The notes: a model not told the origin generated them from the letters alone. 64,000 nucleotides of DNA from an uncultured Thermoplasmata archaeon (GCA_963749195.1 CAVVLX010000007.1:278861-342860), one strand, 5' to 3'; counted from the stretch's first letter, positions 9,438 through 18,196 are shown. A program made the numbers and translations.

Positions 9438-9699
9438 ATCATGGAAGGAGCCACCATGTACTGGGGTTTCTCGTTGAAGAAGCATGAGGAAGTCTACAAG
9501 ATCCCGAGAGAAGGACTTCGGGTGACCTTCCCCAAGTTAATGGAGGGGTCGGGTCTCAGGGATTCGTTGAAGTGGACGTTGGGAGAGGGTTGAACGTTGA
9601 CTCTTTGAACAATATGCCCTCGCAGCGAGACCTGTCACTAACTCAGCCCCGCAGTCCTCAGGTCCATCGATTTTGAATGAAGAGAGGCTGGCTGCGATT

Positions 9700-10290
9700 C
9701 TATAGAAACTGGGTGGGAGCGTTTTCGTAAACCGAAATAGTCGCATTGAACGTGATGGGAGGACCGGGAGTTGGAGACGGAATCCAAGCCGCCCTCAAGA
9801 TTAGTGAATATTGACCCAATGGCACGACCTGCGACAGTGAACCTATTGTAACCTCCAAGATGTCATGCGAAGATCCCCAAATCCCAACCGCGGTCGCCCG
9901 GATCGATGTGACTATCACCGACCCGTTTGGAGAACTCCAGTTCAGCTGAATGGAGCATTCAACAAAGCTTCCAGGAGTGTGTTCGTTGCAGTTAAGGTCG
10001 AAGACCACTACAATGGTGACCGGGATTTCTCCGCTCGAGCTTTCACCTACGGTTGCGTTGTCGAGAGCGATTGGAACCATGGTACTCTGGTTCACGTTAG
10101 TCACGAGTTCTTCCTGAAGTAGACCGCCCGTTGCTGTCGACGGTTGAATGCGTGGAACCGTCAATGAAACGACAATCAAGACTATTGCAACAGCTACGGT
10201 CAAAGTGATTAGGAAAACCCACTTCAGGCGGCGATCGCCGCGTGGGCGACCATTTTCCTGAGGCCCGGGACCGCCCCTAGCTGAACTCAT
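9700..10290 (-). CDS. Membrane-anchored hypothetical protein (cargo)
   Basis: Basic N terminus, one TM helix, beta-rich ectodomain; co-oriented 10 nt after the peptidase gene. Confidence 0.65.
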   Translation of the reverse strand: MSSARGGPGPQENGRPRGDRRLKWVFLITLTVAVAIVLIVVSLTVPRIQPSTATGGLLQEELVTNVNQSTMVPIALDNATVGESSSGEIPVTIVVVFDLNCNEHTPGSFVECSIQLNWSSPNGSVIVTSIRATAVGIWGSSHDILEVTIGSLSQVVPLGQYSLILRAAWIPSPTPGPPITFNATISVYENAPTQFL

Positions 10291-10300
10291 CCTTCCTTCA

Positions 10301-11953
10301 TCACGGCGCAGGGTAAGTACGTATGGTGAACTCGTACGTCTTGGTCAGGATGAGAGGCGGGACGTACCAGTCCAGCAAGTTGAATCCTTCTCCAAGCCAT
10401 GATTCGAGAATGCGTAGGCTCAGATTATCGTACACGGTCCCGTTGTCGGCAAAATAGAGGTTGAACCACGTTATGTTCCCGACGTTTGGAGAAGGGTTCG
10501 ACGCGGATTGAGTCGGGTTCTCCGCGATCCACTCGGCGGAATTCACGTTGGGGGCAGAAACTCCGGATTGCCCTTTCTTGTCTGGCATGAATGGAATAGG
10601 ACCAGGTCCCCCATTGTTGGAGGTCCCCCAGACTTCCTTTCCGTTGAATGAAATCGAGAAATAGCCCAGCTCTCCTTTTCCGCCTGAAGTCGAGTTACTG
10701 GTGACAAGCATGTAGATAGTGATGTTGTTGTGATACCCGGAGTAAGTTGGAAAAAAGTTATAGAGGAATTCAGATCCCGGATTATCATACGGGTAGTAGC
10801 AAGCCGCAATGCAACTGCCAATCCCATGGGGGTCGTAGATTTCATAAAACAGGTTCGCGCATGTACCCCCCTGTCCATTGTTGCAGTTTGAGCTATAGTC
10901 GAACTCGATGCCAGCTTGCCACAGACTCTCGTTGCCGATGAACCCGCCTATTCCAATCCAATACACGATTGGCTCGTCTGTTCCGCTTCCGGTCTGAAGA
11001 ATTGCCCCTGGCATGGTAAACGACCCTTGAGCGGATGTGACGTCAGAACCCACGTATGAAAGCCCGCCCCAGGTCTGCGTGGTTGTATTTGTTCCGTTCT
11101 GGGTTTCCAAGTAAAGTACCCCATTTGACGCCATCAAATTGATGGTGTTTTGGGATACCGAGGTAGGCGACAGGAATTTCACGTTGAGCCCCTGCCACTG
11201 CCAAAAAGCGTAAAATGACTCCGTGTAATTTACCGGTTTTATCCCATATGGATCGCCTAGACACAAGCCAATCGAAGCGCCTGAGGACACGGTCCTACTT
11301 CCCCTTCCGAAGAACGCCGTACTTGTGAAGACGACTTGGCCCACGCTTTGCGGGACCTCGGCTTTTAGGGGGGCAGTACAGGATGAAGCGGGGCCGTTTA
11401 GTTGTAGCGCTCCAGAGCTTCGGCCAGATCCGGCAGTTACCCAGTACGGACTCGGATTGATGACTGCCCCTTGCGAACACGTCGGATGCGTGCCGAGGCA
11501 TGAGTCTCCCGAAGCAGTGAAGTTGATGAAACTGTAATTTGTATCCATAGCCGCCTTAAGCGTGAAGGTACAGAGCGATTGATCGCAGATATCAATCGCG
11601 TTGGTGGCCGAGGTATTGGCACATTCTTTCACCCCGCTCAGCCAAAGGGTTCCATGCGCACAGCTGAAAGTAATGTAATCGCCTGGAAGAATCGGCGGTA
11701 CAGAGGCTACCGGGCTTGTGGCCGCTGCCAGCGGTTCGCTTGATAAAGTCATGGCGAGGAGGGCAATGAGTAGTAGGGCTATGGATGGCCATCGGGTTCT
11801 ATGCGCGTGGGCAGGGGCATAGTCGCGAGGACAAGAATCGCGGTCAAATTTACGCTCTGGCCGCTCGTTTTCGATTGCTTCTAGCGATGAACCCTCCGGC
11901 GCCTCCTCACGTCGCGAGGCATCCCGATCTGGCGACGCACCCGGGATCATCAC
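10301..11953 (-). CDS. Secreted multidomain protein with C-terminal G1 (A4, eqolisin-type) glutamic peptidase domain
   Basis: TWGG, VTSAQGSFTMP, YWIGIGG, LWQAGI (catalytic Gln), SAEWIAENP (catalytic Glu); signal-like helix and Cys-rich N-terminal region; start uncertain. Confidence 0.7.
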   Translation of the reverse strand: MMIPGASPDRDASRREEAPEGSSLEAIENERPERKFDRDSCPRDYAPAHAHRTRWPSIALLLIALLAMTLSSEPLAAATSPVASVPPILPGDYITFSCAHGTLWLSGVKECANTSATNAIDICDQSLCTFTLKAAMDTNYSFINFTASGDSCLGTHPTCSQGAVINPSPYWVTAGSGRSSGALQLNGPASSCTAPLKAEVPQSVGQVVFTSTAFFGRGSRTVSSGASIGLCLGDPYGIKPVNYTESFYAFWQWQGLNVKFLSPTSVSQNTINLMASNGVLYLETQNGTNTTTQTWGGLSYVGSDVTSAQGSFTMPGAILQTGSGTDEPIVYWIGIGGFIGNESLWQAGIEFDYSSNCNNGQGGTCANLFYEIYDPHGIGSCIAACYYPYDNPGSEFLYNFFPTYSGYHNNITIYMLVTSNSTSGGKGELGYFSISFNGKEVWGTSNNGGPGPIPFMPDKKGQSGVSAPNVNSAEWIAENPTQSASNPSPNVGNITWFNLYFADNGTVYDNLSLRILESWLGEGFNLLDWYVPPLILTKTYEFTIRTYPAP

Positions 11954-12217
11954 CAGACCCGCAAACGCGGGCCTAGTGATTGTGACTAGATCGGTGGGCC
12001 GAGGTCATAATGGTTGTGAAGTAAGCTCGATTTTCGTCTGAAAGCGGGAATCTTAGCGACCAAGGCTGGACGTCGAAATTCCGTCGGGCGATGATTCGCG
12101 AAAGTCACTTCCCCCTAAGGTTGGAGTTTCAGCTCAGGAGGAGTGGTTTCTGTGCGCCGCACGGTTTTCAGGCAACGCCGGGTGCGGAATTTGGTTGTAG
12201 CACAACCTAGTCGACGC

Positions 12218-12314
12218 GAAGGTGTCGCTAAATCACCTCGAAGAAGCCGAGAAAACGACAGAGAAAACGATCCAAATCGATTAAACGACATACGGTAGAT
12301 TTAGCGACACCCTC
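12218..12314 (+). repeat. 97-bp end module, right copy
   Basis: Begins GAAGGTGTCGCTAAATC, ends GATTTAGCGACACCCTC; direct repeat of 9341-9437. Confidence 0.9.
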
Positions 12315-12323
12315 CCCTGACGG
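12315..12323. repeat. 9-bp target-site duplication, copy 3
   Basis: CCCTGACGG directly after the right end of element 2; host-like GC content resumes. Confidence 0.85.
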
Positions 12324-12523
12324 GAACCGTCCCCTAGTCGCGGGATGAATCATCTCGCGTTTCAGGTGTCCCATTTCGCGGGAGAGCCTCCGTCGCGAAG
12401 GCGATCAGTTTCCTCCAGCGGATTCGATTCCGATGGGAATTTGGTCCCCGTCCCCTCGCGTCATACCGATGGTCCGATGCTCGCATGAGAAGTAGTTGTG
12501 AACTCGGAACCTTTCCGAACGGC

Positions 12524-12721
12524 TCAAACGGCTCCTTGCGAACCGTTCTGAATTCGGGTATCGTGAAGGTTGAACACCGACCATCGATGACAAATGGGGC
12601 ACGCCATGTACCGGCTTCTTCCCAACCGAAACGCCGTGAACGACGCGCCGGGTACGTACTCGAAAACAAACTCCTTCCCGCACTTCGGACACTTAAGGGC
12701 CGACTTCCAAACCAGCCCCAT
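12524..12721 (-). CDS. Small Zn-ribbon protein (65 aa)
   Basis: MGLVWKSALKCPKC...CPIC; GAGGGGGAG SD-like sequence upstream. Confidence 0.7.
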   Translation of the reverse strand: MGLVWKSALKCPKCGKEFVFEYVPGASFTAFRLGRSRYMACPICHRWSVFNLHDTRIQNGSQGAV

Positions 12722-12722
12722 C

Positions 12723-13085
12723 CTACTCTCCCCCTCGCTTTCCGCTCGTACTCCTGCGAGCGTTCGTGAGGGAGCGACGCAACCGCGCGAAGCCCCTTTC
12801 CAGCTGACGCATCGCTGGGACGAATATCGGATCCGAGTACACCGGGCGGAGGCGATCCGAAGAAACGATCCCTCCGGGCAGAATCCGCTTTTCGGTTCCG
12901 GCGGCCTCGGTGTAGAGCTGCCAATCGGCAGCCGCGCGAATCGCCTTACGTCGGATACTCCAGAGCAGCTTTCGCCGGTACGTGCGATTGGGAAAACGGG
13001 CCGCCAGCGAGGGTTCCATGGCGGTACCGGCACGCGTCGCGGTTACCACGGTAAAGAGGTAGTCGCGTTCTTTCCGACTGAACAT
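12723..13085 (-). CDS. Hypothetical basic protein
   Basis: 120 aa ORF coupled to the Zn-ribbon gene; TTATC TATA-like box just upstream. Confidence 0.45.
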   Translation of the reverse strand: MFSRKERDYLFTVVTATRAGTAMEPSLAARFPNRTYRRKLLWSIRRKAIRAAADWQLYTEAAGTEKRILPGGIVSSDRLRPVYSDPIFVPAMRQLERGFARLRRSLTNARRSTSGKRGGE

Positions 13086-13241
13086 CGCGATGGATAAGGC
13101 GAGATCCCCCGTATAGCCGTTACTGATTTCAGTAACGCCACCTGCGACGGCCCGTCATCGCGCCTCCCCCCTTCGTTAGCCGACCGAGCCCGAATTGAAA
13201 TCGGTTCCCGGGGGGATCCGGTCCGGATCGCGTTGGTTGGT

Positions 13242-13697
13242 TCAGGAGGTTGACGGGGTTGGAGGCGAGGACCATCCCATTCGGCCGCCCATCATTGCCA
13301 TCGCCGCGAGCAGAAGCTGGGCCCAGAACGCGACCAGAAATGCGATTCCCATGATGACCGTGTCGACCGGGGGATTCGGCGTGGAACTCACGAAGGCCAT
13401 TCCGGCAAACCCGGCGGTCAGAATAGCGGCGAGCATGACTACCGAAAGACCGATGAACCGGATCTGCCGCGTGAACGCGGCGACGATGAGGACGATGATG
13501 GCGACCACGCCCAAAACATCTCCATTCACGTAGTGAAGATTGATTGCCGGAAACGCTGTGTTGTTGGTGAATCCGTTCGCGGGAGCGTAGGCGTTGGTGT
13601 AGAGACCCGCGATGTATTGGATCACCAGAAGGATGCCCGCGATCGGGATCAAGACCCTCAGCGCCCGATAAGGCCACGTCGATTTCGTTGGGGGCAT
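13242..13697 (-). CDS. Four-TM membrane protein
   Basis: Four hydrophobic segments; start MPPTKS. Confidence 0.7.
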   Translation of the reverse strand: MPPTKSTWPYRALRVLIPIAGILLVIQYIAGLYTNAYAPANGFTNNTAFPAINLHYVNGDVLGVVAIIVLIVAAFTRQIRFIGLSVVMLAAILTAGFAGMAFVSSTPNPPVDTVIMGIAFLVAFWAQLLLAAMAMMGGRMGWSSPPTPSTS

Positions 13698-13847
13698 CGC
13701 GCGGGTCGACATTCTACAGGGATATTAACTCCGGCTGGCAGTGGGGTCGCGTCCAGCAGCGGTCCCGGAGGGGTGGACCCGATGCTCACGTTGTCCAAAC
13801 GCACGCAACGGCCGAGAGTTTATCCGACCCGAGGCTCGTGGGTACCC

Positions 13848-16800
13848 GTGGATTCGTATTTTCGATCGATTGAGCACTCGGTGGATCTCGCCTACCAGGT
13901 TGCCCAACGAGCTCGGGATGAAGGACTGGATCCCGAACGATTCCCGGAGATTCCGCGCGCCGAAGATATGGCGATGCGCGTGGAGAAGTTACTCGGCCAT
14001 CTCCCCCTCGCGGGAATCTCAGGAGAGATTCGCGAACTGGCCCAACAGATGCCCCGGGAAGAGGTGGCGTTTACGATTGTCCGACGGGTCCTGCGAGATC
14101 CCGCTCGAGGCGACACGCTGGAGTCCCGAGTCGACACCGCGCTACGGCTCGGTCTCGCGATCCTCACCGAAGGGATCCTGGTCGCTCCCCTCGAAGGGCT
14201 GGCCGAAGTCCACGTTCGGGGGGGTCGAGGCGGGGAATCGTACATCGAACTGTATTACGCCGGCCCGATTCGAGCGGCCGGTGGCACGGCCCAAGCCTTG
14301 TCGGTGCTGTTGGCGGATGTCGTGCGACGCGATCTCGGACTCGGCGTTTACCACCCGGAGCCCGCGGAGGTCGAGCGCTACAAGGAGGAAATTCCCCTCT
14401 ACAAGCAGCGCCAACACTTGCAGTACGTTCCGAGCGCCGAAGAGATCGAACTGGTCGTCCGAAACGTTCCGGTCTGTATCTCGGGAGAGGCCACCGAAGG
14501 CGATGCCGAGGTCTCTGCCTTCCGCAATCTCTCCCGAGTTCCGACGAATGGGCTCCGTGGTGGTGCCTGTTTGGTGATTGCCGAAGGACTTTGTCAAAAG
14601 GCGCCAAAGCTACGAAAGGTCGTGGAGAAGCTCAACCTCCCCGGATGGGAGTTCCTTCAACAGCTGGGACTCCACCAGAGTGGGGACGGGGAAGACGCGG
14701 GGATTCCGAAGTACCTCACGGACGCGCTCGGAGGACGCCCCATCCTGGCCCACCCGAACCATCCGGGCGGTTTTCGTCTCCACTATGGTCGAGCTCGGAC
14801 CACCGGCCTCGCCGCGTGTGCAGTCAACCCGGCGACGATGGTCGTGCTCCGCAAATTCGTGGCGATCGGCACGCAGCTGAAGTTGGAATACCCCGGAAAG
14901 GCCGCGGCGATCGGCGTGTGCGACACGATCGAAGGCCCGATCGTCGAACTGCACGACGGAACGGTCACGGCCGTTCACGACAGCGAACGTGCGTCCGAAC
15001 TCCTGCCCCTGATCTCTCGCATTCTCGACCTAGGCGAGCTGTTGATCTCGTTCGGGGAATTTCTCGAGAACAATCGCGTCCTCGTCCCTGGTGCGTACTC
15101 GTTCGACTGGCATGCCCAAGAGCTCCGCGCGGCCGGCGTCCCCGAGACTAACGAAACCCTCGTCCCTTCCTACGAGGGCGCGGTCGCGATTGCCCGTCAG
15201 TACAACGTGCCCCTCCACCCTCGCTTCCTCTTGTTTTGGCACGACCTGAGCTCAACAGAGATTCGCGCGCTCAGCGAGTTCGTCGAAGCGAACGGACGAT
15301 GGGAGGATGGCGCGCTCCAGCTCCCGATTGACCCTGAGCAACGGCAATTGTTGTTGCGGCTCGGTTTCTTGAGTTCGCCGCTCCCCGATGATCGCGTGCG
15401 GGGCGAACCCGAGTCGAGTGCGGCCCTGGTCGGCGGTCTGGGATTAGCCGTCGCTGGGATGACGGTGATCCGCCAGTCTCCTCTCGATCCGGTAGAGCTA
15501 GAGCCCCTCGATTACGTGAGCCGCCTAGTCGGGGCGCGAGTTCATGCTCGGGCGCCGTCCCGCGTCGGAGGTCGAGTGGGCCGTCCCGAAAAGGCACGTC
15601 AACGCTCGATGACTCCCAACGTGCACGCGCTCTTTCCGCTCGGAGAGTCCGGCGGCGCGAAACGCTCGGTCTCGGAATCGGTTCGCCGAACGATGGCAAG
15701 CGGGGTGGCGGTGTCGCTAGGTCGTCGCCGATGCCCGGAATGTGGAAAGAGTACCGTCTGGCTCAAATGCACTTGCGGCACCCATACCGAACCGACCGGA
15801 GAAATCGTCGTCGAAGCGCTGCCCGTCGCTCCGATATGGTCGGATGCCCTTCGTCGGTTGCATCTCAACAGGACGCCCGAGGTGAAAGGCGTCAAGGGCC
15901 TCACCTCCCCCGGTAAAGTTCCCGAGATGATCGAGAAGGGAATACTTCGGGCGGCGCACGGGATCTCCGTCTACCAGGATGGCACCGCCCGATTCGATCT
16001 CACCGATCTGCCACTCACCCACTTTCGGCCGCGCGAGATCGGGCTGGGGGTGGAGGAGGCGAAGCTCCTCGGCTACGATCGGGATTGGTCGGGCGCCCCG
16101 CTCACCGACCCGGATCAACTGGTCGAACTTGCTCCCCAGGACATCGTCGTATCTCGAACGTGCGGCGAGTACCTTGCCAGCCTGGCTCGTTTTGTCGACG
16201 ACGAGCTGATGCGCATCTACAACCTCGACCCGTTCTATCGGATCCAGCGACCCGAGGATTTGCGGGGGGCCATCGTCGTCGCGCTGGCACCGCATACTTC
16301 GGGCGGGGTCGCGGGCCGCATTCTCGGGTTTACGGAAGCCGAGGCGTGCTTCGCGCATCCCGTGTTCCACGCCGCGAAGCGACGGAATTGCGACGGAGAT
16401 GAGGATTCCGTCACCTTGCTCCTCGATGCGCTCCTGAATTTCTCCCGATCTTATCTTCCGGCCAGCCGAGGCGCGTTGATGGACAAACCCCTCGTCCTCA
16501 CGACCCGGCTCCATTCCACGGAGGTCGACAAGGAGGCGCACAATCTCGATATCATGACCCACTACCCGCTCGAGCTGTATCGGGCGGCGCTCGCGGGCCA
16601 GAACGCGAAGGAGATCGAGAAGTGGATCGAAACGATCGGCCATCGGGTGGGATCCTCCCGCCCGCTTTCCGGCTTCGGATTCACGCACGACACCACGGAC
16701 GTCGCCGGGGGGCCCGTGCGTTCGGCATATCGCGAAGCCGAGTCGATGAACGGGATCGTCGCCCAATCGCTGGCCTTGACGTCCCAGATTCGGGCGGTCG

Positions 16801-17195
16801 ACGTCGCCGAAGCGGTGACACTGATGCTCAATTCGCATTTCCTTCCCGATCTGATGGGCAATCTCAAGAGCTACGCCACGCAGTCGTTCCGTTGCAAGAG
16901 TTGCGGTGCCTCGGTCCGCCGTCCCTCCCTCAACGGACGATGTACGCAGACGCTCCGCGGCGGAGCCCGCTGTGAAGGCGAACTACTGCCAACCGTGTAC
17001 GAACGGATGGTGCGCAAATATCTCGGGCTCTCCCGGCAGCTGGCGGAGACCGTCGGAGTGACGCCTTACGTCCGTCAGCGGATCGACATTCTAGCGGCGT
17101 CGCTCGCGACCCTCTTCCCGGGGACAATTGCCCAAACGACCCTCGAGGGATTCGCCCCGAAATCAATGGACCCAGAACACCTCGAGCCGGCGTGA
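13848..17195 (+). CDS. polC: DNA polymerase D large subunit DP2
   Basis: AILTEG..VAPLEG, YAGPIRAAGGTAQALSV, Zn fingers, HAAKRRNCDGDEDS active site; GTG start about 25 nt after a TTTATC box. Confidence 0.96.
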   Translation: MDSYFRSIEHSVDLAYQVAQRARDEGLDPERFPEIPRAEDMAMRVEKLLGHLPLAGISGEIRELAQQMPREEVAFTIVRRVLRDPARGDTLESRVDTALRLGLAILTEGILVAPLEGLAEVHVRGGRGGESYIELYYAGPIRAAGGTAQALSVLLADVVRRDLGLGVYHPEPAEVERYKEEIPLYKQRQHLQYVPSAEEIELVVRNVPVCISGEATEGDAEVSAFRNLSRVPTNGLRGGACLVIAEGLCQKAPKLRKVVEKLNLPGWEFLQQLGLHQSGDGEDAGIPKYLTDALGGRPILAHPNHPGGFRLHYGRARTTGLAACAVNPATMVVLRKFVAIGTQLKLEYPGKAAAIGVCDTIEGPIVELHDGTVTAVHDSERASELLPLISRILDLGELLISFGEFLENNRVLVPGAYSFDWHAQELRAAGVPETNETLVPSYEGAVAIARQYNVPLHPRFLLFWHDLSSTEIRALSEFVEANGRWEDGALQLPIDPEQRQLLLRLGFLSSPLPDDRVRGEPESSAALVGGLGLAVAGMTVIRQSPLDPVELEPLDYVSRLVGARVHARAPSRVGGRVGRPEKARQRSMTPNVHALFPLGESGGAKRSVSESVRRTMASGVAVSLGRRRCPECGKSTVWLKCTCGTHTEPTGEIVVEALPVAPIWSDALRRLHLNRTPEVKGVKGLTSPGKVPEMIEKGILRAAHGISVYQDGTARFDLTDLPLTHFRPREIGLGVEEAKLLGYDRDWSGAPLTDPDQLVELAPQDIVVSRTCGEYLASLARFVDDELMRIYNLDPFYRIQRPEDLRGAIVVALAPHTSGGVAGRILGFTEAEACFAHPVFHAAKRRNCDGDEDSVTLLLDALLNFSRSYLPASRGALMDKPLVLTTRLHSTEVDKEAHNLDIMTHYPLELYRAALAGQNAKEIEKWIETIGHRVGSSRPLSGFGFTHDTTDVAGGPVRSAYREAESMNGIVAQSLALTSQIRAVDVAEAVTLMLNSHFLPDLMGNLKSYATQSFRCKSCGASVRRPSLNGRCTQTLRGGARCEGELLPTVYERMVRKYLGLSRQLAETVGVTPYVRQRIDILAASLATLFPGTIAQTTLEGFAPKSMDPEHLEPA

Positions 17196-17253
17196 CCCCG
17201 AATCTCGCGGGGTCCAAACGCCCAAATACGTCGCAGGGGCTTCGCAAAGTCGC

Positions 17254-17355
17254 GGGCTTGTAGGGTAGTCTGGACTATCCTTTTGGCCTTCGAAGCCAAA
17301 GACCTGGGTTCGAAACCGTTTCGTTCTCGGAGCGGCGAAACTCCCAGCAAGCCCG
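17254..17355 (+). tRNA. tRNA-Arg(TCG) with 27-nt intron at position 59/60 (17315-17341)
   Basis: Acceptor GGGCTTG/CAAGCCC, D-stem GGGT/ATCC, anticodon arm TTGGC-CTTCGAA-GCCAA, T-stem CTGGG/CCCAG; insert forms a strict BHB. Confidence 0.9.
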
Positions 17356-17372
17356 TCTCGACGCGCGTCGCG

Positions 17373-17681
17373 TCACCGGAAGTAGCCGGGGGCAGCCGAC
17401 GCTGTCTCGGAGCGCTTCTCCTCTTCCGGTTTCGCCGCCTCGAGAATGTCGATTGCCAGGAGCGCATTCAGCGGGACGAGTCGGATCTGGCCCCCCGTCT
17501 CACTCCCCACCGGATCGAGTTCGATCGCCAACGAGTTATCGCCCCCGATCGACACGAGACCTCGAAACATCCCGGTCGATACCATCGCCTCATCTCGCGG
17601 GCCCGCGGAGTGGACCCGTACTTTCGATCCGTTCGTGAGCGCGATCGCCGGGCGTTTGTCGACGGCCTTCGGATCGCTCAT
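17373..17681 (-). CDS. Hypothetical protein (small beta-barrel/Sm-like?)
   Basis: 102 aa, host-like codon usage, ATGA-coupled to the upstream HTH gene. Confidence 0.6.
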   Translation of the reverse strand: MSDPKAVDKRPAIALTNGSKVRVHSAGPRDEAMVSTGMFRGLVSIGGDNSLAIELDPVGSETGGQIRLVPLNALLAIDILEAAKPEEEKRSETASAAPGYFR

Positions 17682-18196
17682 CGACCCGCCCGTTCTTTCA
17701 CCGTGAGCCGGGGAGGACTTACCTTTGGAATGGAGGGAGCCCCCTGATTTTTTTCGATCAGTGTCTGCAAATGATTCACTGTCTCCCGATAGCGTCGGAG
17801 TGCGTTCTGTGCATTCGCTTCCGTGAAATCCCAGGCGCGGGAGAGGTTCCCATACCGGAGCCGATATCCCTTACGCCCCTTCCCATCGGCGACCCCGCCG
17901 ACCTCTTCGAGCAGGTCGAGGGACTTGAGCTTGTTGATGTGTCGGTACACCGTCGGCTTCGACGTTTTGAGCACCGCCGTCAGTTCCTCCACATACCACG
18001 GACGGGAGGCGTCCTTGAGGAGACAGTCCCGCACGAGACGGTAGGCGAGGCTTTGCGCGATCGGGCCCTCGCTTCCCCGGCCCTCTTCGCCCTCTGGGAG
18101 ATAGCCGACCAACCGAAGGAACTCTCGGAGGACTTCGTCCAAATCCGGGAGCGGCGTAAGCGGAGTACTGTAACGCAACGCCAATTCAAACGGCAT
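17678..18196 (-). CDS. ArsR-like winged-HTH transcriptional regulator
   Basis: VEELTAVLKTSKPTVYRHINKLKSLDLLE; start MPFELAL. Confidence 0.8.
   Translation of the reverse strand: MPFELALRYSTPLTPLPDLDEVLREFLRLVGYLPEGEEGRGSEGPIAQSLAYRLVRDCLLKDASRPWYVEELTAVLKTSKPTVYRHINKLKSLDLLEEVGGVADGKGRKGYRLRYGNLSRAWDFTEANAQNALRRYRETVNHLQTLIEKNQGAPSIPKVSPPRLTVKERAGR

Larger units (their letters stand above)
9341..12314. mobile_element. Element 2: 3.0-kb non-autonomous cargo element bounded by two 97-bp direct-repeat modules
   Basis: Left end GAAGGTGTCGCTAAATC, right end GATTTAGCGACACCCTC, flanked by CCCTGACGG; no transposase inside. Confidence 0.85.

Noticed and set aside
9428-9452. Imperfect palindrome GGCACCTTC-ATCATG-GAAGGAGCC at the inner edge of the left module as a further element junction
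   Set aside because: Spacer is 6 bp rather than 9 and the sequence beyond does not resemble an end module
1625-12323. CRISPR array, casposon or Tn7-like element
   Set aside because: No short regularly spaced repeats and no cas1, PolB or TnsC/TniQ inside; the 9-bp TSD and non-TG...CA ends do not fit Tn7
13533-13847. N-terminal extension or intein in PolD DP2
   Set aside because: Recognisable DP2 sequence begins near 13848, after a TATA-like box; no intein motifs in the ORF
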